A stretch of DNA of 64,000 nucleotides from assembly GCA_002269645.1 (NCBI GenBank), contig NIVC01001453.1, forward strand, positions 1 to 64,000. The letters run 5' to 3'. Each line of letters opens with the position of its first letter. Position 1 is the stretch's first letter. Positions 10,801 through 22,262 of the stretch are shown here, piece by piece. Both the position numbers and the translations under genes were made by a program. The notes below the pieces were generated by a model, which worked only from the letters and a program-made list of their open reading frames with translations, was not told the origin of the DNA and did no database searches. Source of the DNA: Macrostomum lignano. Its lineage: Eukaryota.

Positions 10801-13800
10801 GGGGCTGAGGAAGGTGTCGGAGAGGCAGTTTCAGGGACTGAGGGAGGTGTCGGAGAGGCAGTTTCAGGGGCTGAGGAAGGAGCGGAGAGGCAGATTCAGG
10901 GACTGAGGAAGGAGCGGACAGGCAAGTTATCAGAAGATTTCGCTAAAGAATCCTGAACCCGTGTCTCTCCAGACCCAGGTGCTCACTTACGAGCTCACCC
11001 CAAGCCAGGAGCAGGCAACTCAGCTGACTGATTTCTATTGGCTAGAAACCTCTCGTTGGTCTGGTCAATACGAGAGAAGAATTATATTGAACAAAGACTC
11101 AGATGCTACAGACGACTCAACTGACAACGACAGCGATGAAGATGATGGATGTGAGCAGGACAGCCACTGGTCCAAGCCAATGTCTGCCGTGCTGCAATTT
11201 CACGCTATTGTACAATTCCGTCAGCACTTGGAGGTTGGCTCGCTACGGTTAGGCGTCGATATACCACCAGTTTTAACCACCGATGTCGATGCGGACGTGG
11301 AAGATAACGCCGAATCTAGATTTGTCAATTATCTAGTTAACGTATGCCGTCAGGAGCCGCTTCTGTCATCGGCGCAGGCCACCTTGGATAGTCCAGGCAC
11401 TGTTGCCGAAGCTTTGAAACTGCTTGGCAATAGAAGTTTTGTCAGGCGGGGCCCGGCAACACCAATAACTGCTAGTGAAGCCATTCTAGTGCTGGTGGCA
11501 GAGAACCTGCCGGATCTGACTAGCCAGCAATCTGTGCTGCTGCTCTGCCATCTCCGTTCGCCAATGCCGTGGCCCACACTGACCGGCAGTCTACCAGTCC
11601 GCTGCCTGTTTCTAACCAGCTGTCGCCAAGTCGGTCGCCTGTTTGCCTGCCTATGCGGCGATGCGGAATTCCGGCGTCAGCTGCGCGACATTGATCAACA
11701 AATGCAGCAGCCACAGTTGGCCAGACTGGCTGGCAGAAGGCGGCCGAGGCGCGAACTGGTGCAAAGTTTGCACGCTTTCTTAGACTCGGCCGTGCTGATG
11801 CCTTCGCCTCCGGCTGTGTGGCCTAGCGAAGCGGTAGCGGAGCTGATTGCAGTGGAACAGATGCCAACTGCTGTTGAACTGTTGGATTGTTCTTCATCAA
11901 TGGATAAAGCTAGCCAGACTAAACCTGTTGGACTGCTAACCGATATTCAACGCATCTGTAGGAAATCTACTACTGACAACACTACTGCCGATAGAAGTAT
12001 CCGTCAGCTTGGAAAATGGCAACTTGTAAAATTGTTGAGTCTATTCTCAATTTGCTTATTGGTTTGGTCAGCAGCGGGGGCTTCAGTTTTTGCTCCATTG
12101 GCCGGTTATCGGCGAGGCATTGGGGCTGGGTTGGCGGTGCTTACTGCCGGACTAGCCCAGTTGCTAGTCTCCGTCCTGTTCCCGCCCGGTTGCTATGGCA
12201 ACAGGCTAGCTATTGTACTGGGACCGTCATCTGCGGCGCTAACAATTGAAGCTGCAATTGCATCACTAGCGGTTGGGCTGGGCCAAAACTGGACCACATT
12301 CCGGCCATTGTGCTGCTTTTATTGCGCTATCTGGTCTGCAGGCTGTCTGCTTTTGGCGCCGTCGAATTGCTTGTACAGCATTACAGCTGTTCCCAGCGCG
12401 TTGCTAGGGGGATTCACTGGAATGCTGTTGCTATCGTGGACCATTGGGTCTTTGGATTCTCCCGCCGTTTCTCTGGTCTGCTTCGCAGTGGTCGCCTTGG
12501 CAACTCAATTGCGCCACTCGTGCCGTCAGTTTGATTTGATTGATGCGTCTGTTCGAAAACTTCTCGGCAAACTTGTTGCCTGGACGGTTGCTATGGTAAC
12601 CGTGCTCATCATAGCAACCATTGTCGGCATGCCAGAAACAGATGCTATTGTCGCAGTTAATAATGACACAGGAAATTATTCGTCTTCTCATACTACTAGC
12701 AATCGTAGTAGTAGTCTCGTCTGGCTACCATGGCAACCGTTGCTAACCGGCAGCGGAGCGGTTAGCCACGCCGGAATTGCCGGTCACGCTGGCGCCGTGT
12801 TTGCCGGGGCCGGCGCCGCCGTCCTGCTGCTAGTCGAATCCGCCGTCTGCTGGCTTCGCCGACTCTCGGCTGATTCGGAATCGACCAGCGTCAGAATTGG
12901 CGGTTTGCACCTGGCTTTGTCGCTAACTGGCGTTGCTATGCCGTTGCTATGCGGATTGATTGGCTGGCCGCTAATTGGCTCGGTGGCCGAGTTCACCTTA
13001 GCAGCTAATTTAGTTGCTCAGAAACAACCGCCTCAACCTTCGTGCTTTCTGTCCCTGCTACTTGGCTGCCTGTTAACCTTAGCAGGTGTTGCAGTGCTTG
13101 CGCTGGTCTTCTGCTTTAGCTTAGCAACCACGTCTAGTTTCAATTTTGCTTTGCTGGCCTCGTTGCGCGGACTGGTTGCGCTGGTTGGTTTGGCCGGTCT
13201 GGGATTGTCCGTCCGAGCTCTGCTACAGCCGATCAAAAAGCGAAAAACTATTAGCCGGCATCAAAAGTCCGCTGTAATCATTTATAGCGTTTTGTTATCA
13301 ACTATGTTGGCTGTTTTAGCCGCTGCGGCGATTGCGTCATCGTGTCTGGCGTATTCTCATTCCTCTTGGTCTAACACTCATGTTACTGCCAGTAGTAGCA
13401 GCAGTGAAGGCGCTCTGTTAATTGCTGTCGGCTGTCTGCTGTCTGGCGCGCCGGTTCTTACCGTTTTTGTTTACATTGGCATCAGGAGATTCTGTCAACG
13501 CCAACCGGCCTGCGTTAAATTTAATAAACAGCTGACTAAGGTGGGAAACTGCTAGAATTAGCCTACAGTTTATTGCAATCATTAGCCTACAATTTAGAGC
13601 AATCATTAGCCTACAGTTTAGAGCAATCATTAGCCTACAGTTTATTGCAATCATTAGCCTACAGTTTAGAGCAATCATTAGCCTACAGTTTATTGCAATC
13701 ATTAGCCTACAGTTTAGAGCAATCATTAGCCTACAGTTTAGAGCAATCATTAGCCTACAGTTTAGAGCAATCATTAGCCTACAGTTTAGAGCAATCATTA

Positions 13801-14672
13801 GCCTACAGTTTAGAGCAATCATTAGCCTACAGTTTAGAGCAATCATTAGCCTACAGTTTAGAGCAATCATCAGCCTACAGTTTATTGCAATCATTAGCCT
13901 ACAATTTAGAGCAATCATTAGCCTACAGTTTAGAGCAATCATTAGCCTACAGTTTAGAGCAATCATTAGCCTACAGTTTAGAGCAATCATTAGCCTACAG
14001 TTTAGAGCAATCATTAGCCTACAGTTTAGAGCAATCATTAGCCTACAGTTTAGAGCAATCATCAGCCTACAGTTTATTGCAATCATTAGCCTACAATTTA
14101 GAGCAATCATTAGCCTACAGTTTAGAGCAATCATTAGCCTACAGTTTAGAGCAATCATTAGCCTACAGTTTAGAGCAATCATTAGCCTACAGTTTAGAGC
14201 AATCATTAGCCTACAGTTTAGAGCAATCATCAGCCTACAGTTTATTGCAATCATTAGCCTACAATTTAGAGCAATCATTAGCCTACAGTTTAGAGCAATC
14301 ATTAGCCTACAGTTTAGAGCAATCATTAGCCTACAGTTTAGAGCAATCATTAGCCTACAGTTTAGAGCAATCATTAGCCTACAAACCATATATACTAAGA
14401 ATAGCTTCTCTATCTATTTATCTACCGCGCAGCTGGATCCACTTCTCTGCCGTCATGCGGCCCTTGCTGCCTCGGCGTCCACGACCGAGCCGCCGACAAC
14501 CTCAACTGTCAATCGTCGACAAGCCGACACGGATGACGGCGCCGCTGCCTCTGGTGCGGCAAGCTCCGGTAGTCGATGCCCTCGACAACAAGGTGCACGA
14601 AAGCGACCACGGAGAAAATCTTATAATTCCAAAGTTGACACTGAAGGCGAAGAGGCCGTTGCCTTCCTTTGA
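7820..14672 (+). CDS. Divergent SLC4 (AE2/band 3-like) anion transporter, 5 exons, about 1294 aa
   Basis: join(7820..8109,8592..8884,9824..10317,10973..13540,14433..14672), with GT/AG sites and consistent phases 2,1,0,0. Motifs: KSHRFDDLHAMRRH (AE2/AE3 SHRFED...RRH); WLETSRW and WSKP (cytoplasmic domain WxETARW, WSKPH); hydrophobic membrane domain with LLLVESAV (AE1 E681 region); GAPVLTVFVYIGIRRF...KQLTK|LDP at the end. Exon 5 is less certain; without it the ORF stops at 13555. Confidence 0.85.
8135..8450 (+). repeat. Degenerate ~32-bp minisatellite in SLC4 intron 1
   Basis: Recurring TTCCTGATCCCAA core, about 10 copies. Confidence 0.8.
8925..9797 (+). repeat. Two adjacent minisatellites in SLC4 intron 2 (32-bp, about 6 copies; 23-bp, about 29 copies)
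   Basis: CCCTGATCCCACATCCCAAGCCTATGGGGATT at 8925-9105 and AATCTACAGGATTCCCAATCCCA at 9130-9797. Confidence 0.92.
10345..10920 (+). repeat. 30-31 bp minisatellite in SLC4 intron 3
   Basis: Unit GGGGCGGAGAGGCAGATTCAGGGGCTGAGGA, about 19 copies. Confidence 0.92.
13556..14383 (+). repeat. 24-bp minisatellite (SLC4 intron 4), about 34 copies
   Basis: Unit TTTAGAGCAATCATTAGCCTACAG. A variant block recurs near 13861, 14053 and 14221. Confidence 0.95.
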
Positions 14673-14749
14673 TTCACACTGACAGATGATTGACATGATC
14701 TGGTATCATTTTGTTTCATTTTTTATAGCTGTCTTAAACTTTTGATCCC

Positions 14750-15925
14750 CGTGTGTTTGAGTTTGTGTCCGCCTGACCTCCGTGTGTCTGAGTTTGTGTC
14801 CGCCACTGACCTCCGTGTGTTTGAGTTTGTGTCCGCCACTGACCTCCGTGTGTTTGAGTTTGTGTCCGCCACTGACCTCCGTGTGTCTGAGTTTGTGTCC
14901 GCCACTGACCTCCGTGTGTTTGAGTTTGTGTCCGCCACTGACCTCCGTGTGTCTGAGTTTGTGTCCGCCACTGACCTCCGTGTGTTTGAGTTTGTGTCCG
15001 CCACTGACCTCCGTGTGTTTGAGTTTGTGTCCGCCACTGACCTCCGTGTGTTTGAGTTTGTGTCCGCCACTGACCTCCGTGTGTTTGAGTTTGTGTCCGC
15101 CACTGACCTCCGTGTGTTTGAGTTTGTGTCCGCCACTGACCTCCGTGTGTCTGAGTTTGTGTCCGCCACTGACCTCCGTGTGTCTGAGTTTGTGTCCGCC
15201 ACTGACCTCCGTGTGTTTGAGTTTGTGTCCGCCACTGACCTCCGTGTGTTTGAGTTTGTGTCCGCCACTGACCTCCGTGTGTCTGAGTTTGTGTCCGCCA
15301 CTGACCTCCGTGTGTTTGAGTTTGTGTCCGCCACTGACCTCCGTGTGTCTGAGTTTGTGTCCGCCACTGACCTCCGTGTGTTTGAGTTTGTGTCCGCCAC
15401 TGACCTCCGTGTGTCTGAGTTTGTGTCCGCCACTGACCTCCGTGTGTTTGAGTTTGTGTCCGCCACTGACCTCCGTGTGTCTGAGTTTGTGTCCGCCACT
15501 GACCTCCGTGTGTTTGAGTTTGTGTCCGCCACTGACCTCCGTGTGTTTGAGTTTGTGTCCGCCACTGACCTCCGTGTGTTTGAGTTTGTGTCCACCACTG
15601 ACCTCCGTGTGTTTGAGTTTGTGTCCGCCACTGACCTCCGTGTGTTTGAGTTTGTGTCCGCCACTGACCTCCGTGTGTCTGAGTTTGTGTCCGCCACTGA
15701 CCTCCGTGTGTTTGAGTTTGTGTCCGCCACTGACCTCCGTGTGTCTGAGTTTGTGTCCGCCACTGACCTCCGTGTGTTTGAGTTTGTGTCCGCCACTGAC
15801 CTCCGTGTGTTTGAGTTTGTGTCCGCCACTGACCTCCGTGTGTTTGAGTTTGTGTCCGCCTGACCTCCGTGTGTTTGAGTTTGTGTCCGCCACTGACCTT
15901 CGTGTGTTTGAGTTTGTGTCCGCCA
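14750..15925 (+). repeat. 33-bp minisatellite, about 35 copies
   Basis: Unit CTGACCTCCGTGTGTTTGAGTTTGTGTCCGCCA, nearly homogeneous. Confidence 0.95.
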
Positions 15926-16459
15926 CTTTAAAGAGGAAATGCATGTACATAATATCTATTTCTGTCTCATACGAGTTTTTGTTAAACTGTTGTCTAATAG
16001 TGTACAATACGTCGGTTGGGAATTCAGCAATTCTTCTTCATATCTGCACTCAGCAACACGTTAAAGTTTCCAACCCCGAAATCAGTGGTCAAGTAACTCT
16101 TCTCAGACCTCAGCCCTAGGTGACGCGATTCGGTTCTTATCTTAGGTGATGCAATTTGCGTATGAGGCCCCTGGCTTTAGACTAGAGAACAATGGCTAGA
16201 TTTGGATTATTGCCGCCACTTCTTGACCAGTGGTTTCGGGATGCCAACTTCAACATTTTGGTTGAGTTGATGTTGTAAATTTATTTAGAAGCATGTAGCT
16301 TTTCAGATATGAAATCATTTTCTTCTGTAATTAACTTTTTTCATTTGATAGCTGTTGCTTTTTTCTTATCCAGTTCTGCTTTTTCTGTACCTGCTGAATA
16401 AAGTCTAATATTTGTGAAAGTCAGGCCGCTTTAATATTTGATGTACTCTAAATCCTGCT

Positions 16460-18230
16460 ACCCTCCCTGATCCTTCAGTTATGACACCTGGTACCCCTCC
16501 CTGATCCTTCATTTATGACACCTGGTACCCCTCCCTGATCCTTCAGTTATGACACCTGGTACCCCTCCCTGATCCTTCAGTTATGACACCTACTACCCCT
16601 CCCTGATCCTTCAGTTATGACACCTGGTACCCCTCCCTGATCCTTCAGTTATGACACCTGCTACCCTCCCTGATCCTTCAGTTATGACACCTGCTACCCC
16701 TCCCTGATCCTTCAGTTATGACACCTGCTACCCCTCCCTGATCCTTCAGTTATGACACCTGCTACCCTCCCTGATCCTTCAGTTATGACACCTGCTACCC
16801 CTCCCTGATCCTTCAGTTATGACACCTGCTACCCTCCCTGATCCTTCAGTTATGACACCTGCTACCCCTCCCTGATCCTTCAGTTATGACACCTGGTACC
16901 CCTCCCTGATCCTTCATTTATGACACCTGGTACCCCTCCCTGATCCTTCAGTTATGACACCTGGTACCCCTCCCTGATCCTTCAGTTATGACACCTGGTA
17001 CCCCTCCCTGATCCTTCAGTTATGACACCTGGTACCCCTCCCTGATCCTTCAGTTATGACACCTGGTACCCCCTCCCTGATCCTTCAGTTATGACACCTG
17101 GTACCCCTCCCTGATCCTTCAGTTATGACACCTGGTACCCCCTCCCTGATCCTTCATTTATGACACCTGGTACCCCCTCCCTGATCCTTCATTTATGACA
17201 CCTGGTACCCCTCCCTGATCCTTCAGTTATGACACCTGGTACCCCTCCCTGATCCTTCAGTTATGACACCTGGTACCCCTCCCTGATCCTTCAGTTATGA
17301 CACCTGGTACCCCCTCCCTGATCCTTCAGTTATGACACCTGGTACCCCTCCCTGATCCTTCAGTTATGACACCTGGTACCCCTCCCTGATCCTTTAGTTA
17401 TGACACCTGGTACCCCTCCCTGATCCTTCAGTTATGACACCTGGTACCCCTCCCTGATCCTTCATTTATGACACCTGGTACCCCCCTCCCTGATCCTTCA
17501 TTTATGACACCTGGTACCCCCTCCCTGATCCTTCAGTTATGATACCTGGTACCCCTCCCTGATCCTTCAGTTATGACACCTGGTACCCCCTCCCTGATCC
17601 TTCAGTTATGACACCTGGTACCCCTCCCTGATCCTTCAGTTATGACACCTGGTACCCCTCCCTGATCCTTCAGTTATGACACCTGGTACCCCCTCCCTGA
17701 TCCTTCATTTATGAGTCATAAATGATCCTTCAGTTACGACACCTAGTAGCCCCTCCCTGATCCTTCATTTATGACACCTGGTACCCCTCCCTGATCCTTC
17801 AGTTATGACACCTGGTACCCCTCCCTGATCCTTCAGTTATGACACCTGGTACCCCTCCCTGATCCTTCAGTTATGACACCTGGTACCCCTCCCTGATCCT
17901 TCAGTTATGACACCTGGTACCCCTCCCTGATCCTTCAGTTATGACACCTGGTACCCCTCCCTGATCCTTCAGTTATGACACCTGGTACCCCCTGCCTGAT
18001 CCTTCAGTTACCCTCCCTGATCCTTCAGTTATGACACCCTGGTACCACTCCCTAATCCTTCAGTTACCCTCCCTGATCATTCAGTTATGACACCCTGGTA
18101 CCCTCCCTGATCCTTCAGTTACCCTCCCTGATCCTTCAGTTACCCTCCCTGATCCTTCAGTTACCCTCCCTGATCCTTTAGTTACCCTCCCTGATCCTTC
18201 AGTTACCCTCCCTGATCCTTCAGTTGTGAC
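16460..18230 (+). repeat. 35-36 bp minisatellite decaying to a 21-bp subunit
   Basis: Unit CCCTCCCTGATCCTTCAGTTATGACACCTGGTACC. Shortened CCCTCCCTGATCCTTCAGTTA units after about 18000. Confidence 0.95.
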
Positions 18231-19064
18231 CCCACTCAGTCGCTTGATTCCAATAAAGATCGCATAACAATAAGCAAATCATCTCAACCACACACACAAC
18301 CGCATCACAAGTAAATTTTCTCACATTAATTTGTGTTTAGTCGGTCCCGTGGGTTTGCTTTGACAAAAGAACGAGTTCAGAAAATGTTTTTTACACAGTT
18401 AAAATCTGTTCTTTATTTACACCAATATAAATATTTATAATATTTATTCATTTATATCAAACATACATCTGCAGACAGTATTGCTCTGTAAATAGTTTCT
18501 ATTTGTTATGTACATATTTATGTCAGATTTGTAATTCTACTCGTAGAATGCTAAAATAATTCAAGCAGTTTATTTAGCATTAAAATACACAACAGATAAT
18601 AAAGTCTCAATACTATATATTTTTTGTTAAACGTAGCGCTTTCATTGCAAGCAACGTTGTTTTTATTATACATAATTATTTCACCATTACTATAGTTAGT
18701 AGAATTAGTAAATTTGTAGTTTTTTATTCAATATGTGTCGTGTGAGTGATTTTTTAAACTAAATATAAGTGAAGCTTGGTTTCAGATCATTGGCATTTGC
18801 AGCAGTAGTATATATTGATTAAGATGAGTAATGCTAGGTTGAGCTTTTTAAAAAAGAATTATATCCGTTTTGTATAAATCAAACGATGTCTTTTACTTTA
18901 ATTCTGGTTTTTGCATAAATTTCTTAATTTCTCATTTTCATATACATTTTCTGCTTATGTTATAACAGTGGAAATTTCTAATCGATTTCTGATCATTATT
19001 GTAATACTAAATTTGGCAGTTTCCAAGCCAAATGAGCCGTTCAGCTACCTATTTAATACGGCGA

Positions 19065-19335
19065 TTTTTTTATAGTTGGCATGGCGATTCTTTTATAGTT
19101 GACATAGCGATTCTTTTATGGTTGGCATGGCGATTCTTTTATGGTTGGCATGGCGATTCTTTTATGGTTGGCATGGCGATTCTTTTATGGTTGGCATGGC
19201 GATTCTTTTATGGTTGGCATGGCGATTCTTTTATGGTTGGCATGGCGATTCTTTTATGGTTGACATGGCGATTCTTTTATGGTTGACATGGCGATTCTTT
19301 TATGGTTGGCATGGCGATTCTTTTATGGTTGACAT
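19065..19335 (+). repeat. 22-bp minisatellite, about 12 copies
   Basis: Unit GCATGGCGATTCTTTTATGGTT. Confidence 0.92.
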
Positions 19336-20274
19336 GACGCAACTGTTATGTTTTGTATGGTGATTCTTTTTAAAAGAAGATTTGCTTCTCATTGTCTATG
19401 GTCCAAATGTGGTCCTAAGTTAAGAAATCGGGTGCACAATTAATTAATTCTTTCCACAGTTGTGCAAGCGTAATTGGACCATGGACAATAATATATTTTA
19501 TCATATAAACATAGATATGGCTATGGCTATGCAAATTAACCAATGCATTGCTAGTCTATGCACTCAATCTTGGCATCGAGGTAAAATCTGTTCAAATGTG
19601 CTGATTTGGGACCGTCCAAACGTCATGTAATGGATCTGTCCATTGCATAGGCTTCATGAAGGGGCGCAAAGTAAATTAAAGTAAAACTCAAGACAGCTAG
19701 TAGTCCTTAATACTCGTAGTAAACAATCTGGTTGACGTAGTGGATCTGGTAGAGGCATCACTACGGAAACTGGTTTTGAGAAGACGCGGTCGTTTCTGCA
19801 TTTTCTCCAGAGGAGATTTCAACTTTAAACAACGTAATTAGGCCTTCCAAATTGGTTAAAGCGTGCATTCAACTTTATAGCGAAAGCAAGCAAATCAATC
19901 AGCATCGATATACGCGCGTTAAAAAAATGTTCGCTTGTGTTGACAAATTAAAGCCAATTTTGTCTCAGATACAATATTTTCTTTCGGCATGTATAATATA
20001 GCATCATAGACTGAAGATCAGGGCGTATACAAATGTTCAACAGAAGTCAAGCGCGTGTACCTTCGATATTGTGATGAATTAGGTCATTCAGTTTCAGTTT
20101 TCGCCACTCTCAGGCTATAAAAAAAGCAAGAACGGAAGCAGATCGAAAATATTTTGAGACTTGTTAGATCGAAATTTCTGGTTTGAATTTATTTATGTAG
20201 CAGTGTTGTGCTCATTATCGCCCAATAACTACAGTGTTTAACGGGCTTTTATCGCGGCAGTCATCGCCGCCACC

Positions 20275-20535
20275 TCACATTTGGTGACACTTCAGATAGG
20301 CAGGCGGTTTCCAGTTGTGATGCCTGTAGTAATCGCAGATAAACTTGCGCATTAACATGTTCTCCGGTCCGCGTTTAGCCGGCGCCTGAAAATCCACAGA
20401 CTCTTCTACGTAGTTTGAGTAGCTGTCCTCACTTGGCCCTTGGTTGGGGATCGCACCGCAGCAGAGTACGATGGCCGATGCTAGTAGGAGAAATTTCGAA
20501 TCGATCGCGTTGCTTTTCGCCATAATTGTTGCCAT
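20275..20535 (-). CDS. Secreted prepropeptide 1: signal peptide, acidic propiece, KR site, 31-aa two-Cys mature peptide
   Basis: Hydrophobic FLLLASAIVLCCGA. Propiece SEDSYSNYVEESVDFQAPAKR. Mature GPENMLMRKFICDYYRHHNWKPPAYLKCHQM at 20370-20278. TATA-like TATATACAA at 20602-20594 and AATAAA at 20193-20188. Clear paralogue at 28868-29155. Alternative start ATG at 20523. Confidence 0.85.
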   Translation of the reverse strand: MATIMAKSNAIDSKFLLLASAIVLCCGAIPNQGPSEDSYSNYVEESVDFQAPAKRGPENMLMRKFICDYYRHHNWKPPAYLKCHQM

Positions 20536-20593
20536 TTGTCTTCTCGTGGAAAATTAAGAGGAGAAATGAAATCTAGATACTCGTATTTTGCCT

Positions 20594-20602
20594 TTGTATA
20601 TA
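20594..20602 (-). promoter_or_regulatory. TATA-like box of peptide gene 1
   Basis: TATATACAA on the minus strand, 59 nt upstream of the ATG. Confidence 0.5.
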
Positions 20603-22033
20603 GTGGCTGAAATGCTCAATACACCCCAACTAATTTTTTTCATCCAACAACCAATCGGGATGAATAAGCGAATAATCCCAAATACTTTTTTTCGATAGAT
20701 ATTGAAAGCGTGCAGAAAAAGATTTCACCTAGATGTACGAGATCACGTAAACTAGGTCCTTTTCTTTCATAGCGCATTTGGTTAATAGCGATGCGTTCAA
20801 CAGCACCATTTAGTCGTTTTGCCATCGTGTCTTCTGAGACGACGTTTAGCGAAAGTTGCGCAGGCTGCTATCTCTGACGGCACTGGACGCAAAGAGGAAT
20901 AAGCAGCCCATAGAGGATTACGTCTGTAAGGGGTGACACAGGAGGAATGGCGCTTCATGCTGCTGGAGCGGATCAGGTGGTCACCGCCGAGAAGGCGGCC
21001 CATCGGCAGCTGAGCTGTCAGAGGCACTTGGCAGGTGCCTGCAGCGACAGGATTTACTTTTATTTTTCTTCCAGTAGCAAGCATGCAGACACTTTGCTCA
21101 CTTTTAACCATTCCAGTGGCCCAGAGATATAAAGAATACATGTACATTAAATTGGGTGAATTCCCGTTTTGAATGGCTTTTTTGCTGTTTTGATTGTCCA
21201 AATTCCTATTTAGATCGTGAAAAAGCGATACTTAATTGTCCATTAAGGATCAATGGACTATTACGGAAACTGGTTTTGAGGAGACTGCTACAATTTGAAA
21301 ACTAGAATCTAACATTCCAAATATCTACAATTTCTGTTTCTACAATCAAGAATTTTTGGCGCTACATACAAGATTAAGACGACTATAGTGATTATAATGC
21401 TGCTCAATATAGTCGGTTTTGAGTGCTTAGATGTCTATGACAGAAAAAACCCACTATTCTCATAGCGCTTTGTTGTTGTTTGTTGGTTAATTTGTTGTTG
21501 GTTATAAATATCTAATGATTATGGATTTGTGGATGAACAAAGGACTTACGAAGATTCCAAAGTACCAAAAGTGTACCAAAATTCGCCTTTCTTCTGTCCC
21601 CTCAGTGGGTCTCAGTGGATGGCAGAAACGCATTTCTCTGCCCGCTATAGCCAAAAGTCCATGCATTGTATTGTGAATCTGATGCAATGTCTGTTTCTCG
21701 TCCCGCTCGATGATTTTCAGTCAAGTTGAGAGAAGCGTTGCCAGAAGCTGGCCAGGGCGCACAAACAACTGTACCTTCAACTTCTACTTGAAGTGACACA
21801 CCAACTAACTCATCAAGAACAAGATGCAAAGACATGTCTTCTTTTTAACGTCATTTTTATTCATTGTTAAAGCAGCTTGTTATTACTGTTGTCATTCAAT
21901 TCTACGATTACGTAACATTTAACACGCGTTCTAAAATAACCTTGTATATGGTCCAATATGCTACTATACCTTTCTGCATTTGCATTCGTCATATTTGCTA
22001 CGTAAATTCCGATTGCTTATTTATGTATATAAT

Positions 22034-22162
22034 CTTTGTCTGTTCTTTTGGTTCCTATGGCAGAGAAAGGCCGAGGACGCTGTTCTCAGGCCGAGGCGAA
22101 GCCGAGGCCTTAGAATTGCGTCCGAGGTCTTTCTGCCATAGACACCAAAAGAACAGACGAAG
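22034..22162. repeat. ~130-bp imperfect palindrome with GCGAAGC at its apex
   Basis: Arms CTTTGTCTGTTCTTTTGGTTCCTATGGCAGAG... and ...CTGCCATAGACACCAAAAGAACAGACGAAG. The centre of symmetry (about 22098) coincides with GCGAAGC at 22096-22102. Confidence 0.85.
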
Positions 22163-22262
22163 ATCGTACTTAATCTACAGATATTGGAAACGACTGGGAG
22201 TGGGAGTGAGGTACTCGTCAAAAGCGGGGGTGTGGGGGGCGCAGCCCCCCCCCCACATTTAA

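Noticed and set aside
13418-16119. Long ORFs (323-445 aa) with periodic translations
   Set aside because: They are read-throughs of 24- and 33-bp minisatellites, open on both strands, with no independent coding signal.
14750-18230. Regular 33-36 bp repeats that might suggest a CRISPR array
   Set aside because: Units are head-to-tail with no unique spacers, there are no cas genes, and the context is eukaryotic.
20640-21201. Minus-strand ORFs upstream of peptide gene 1
   Set aside because: No recognisable motifs or splice support; they partly overlap a probable repeat fragment.
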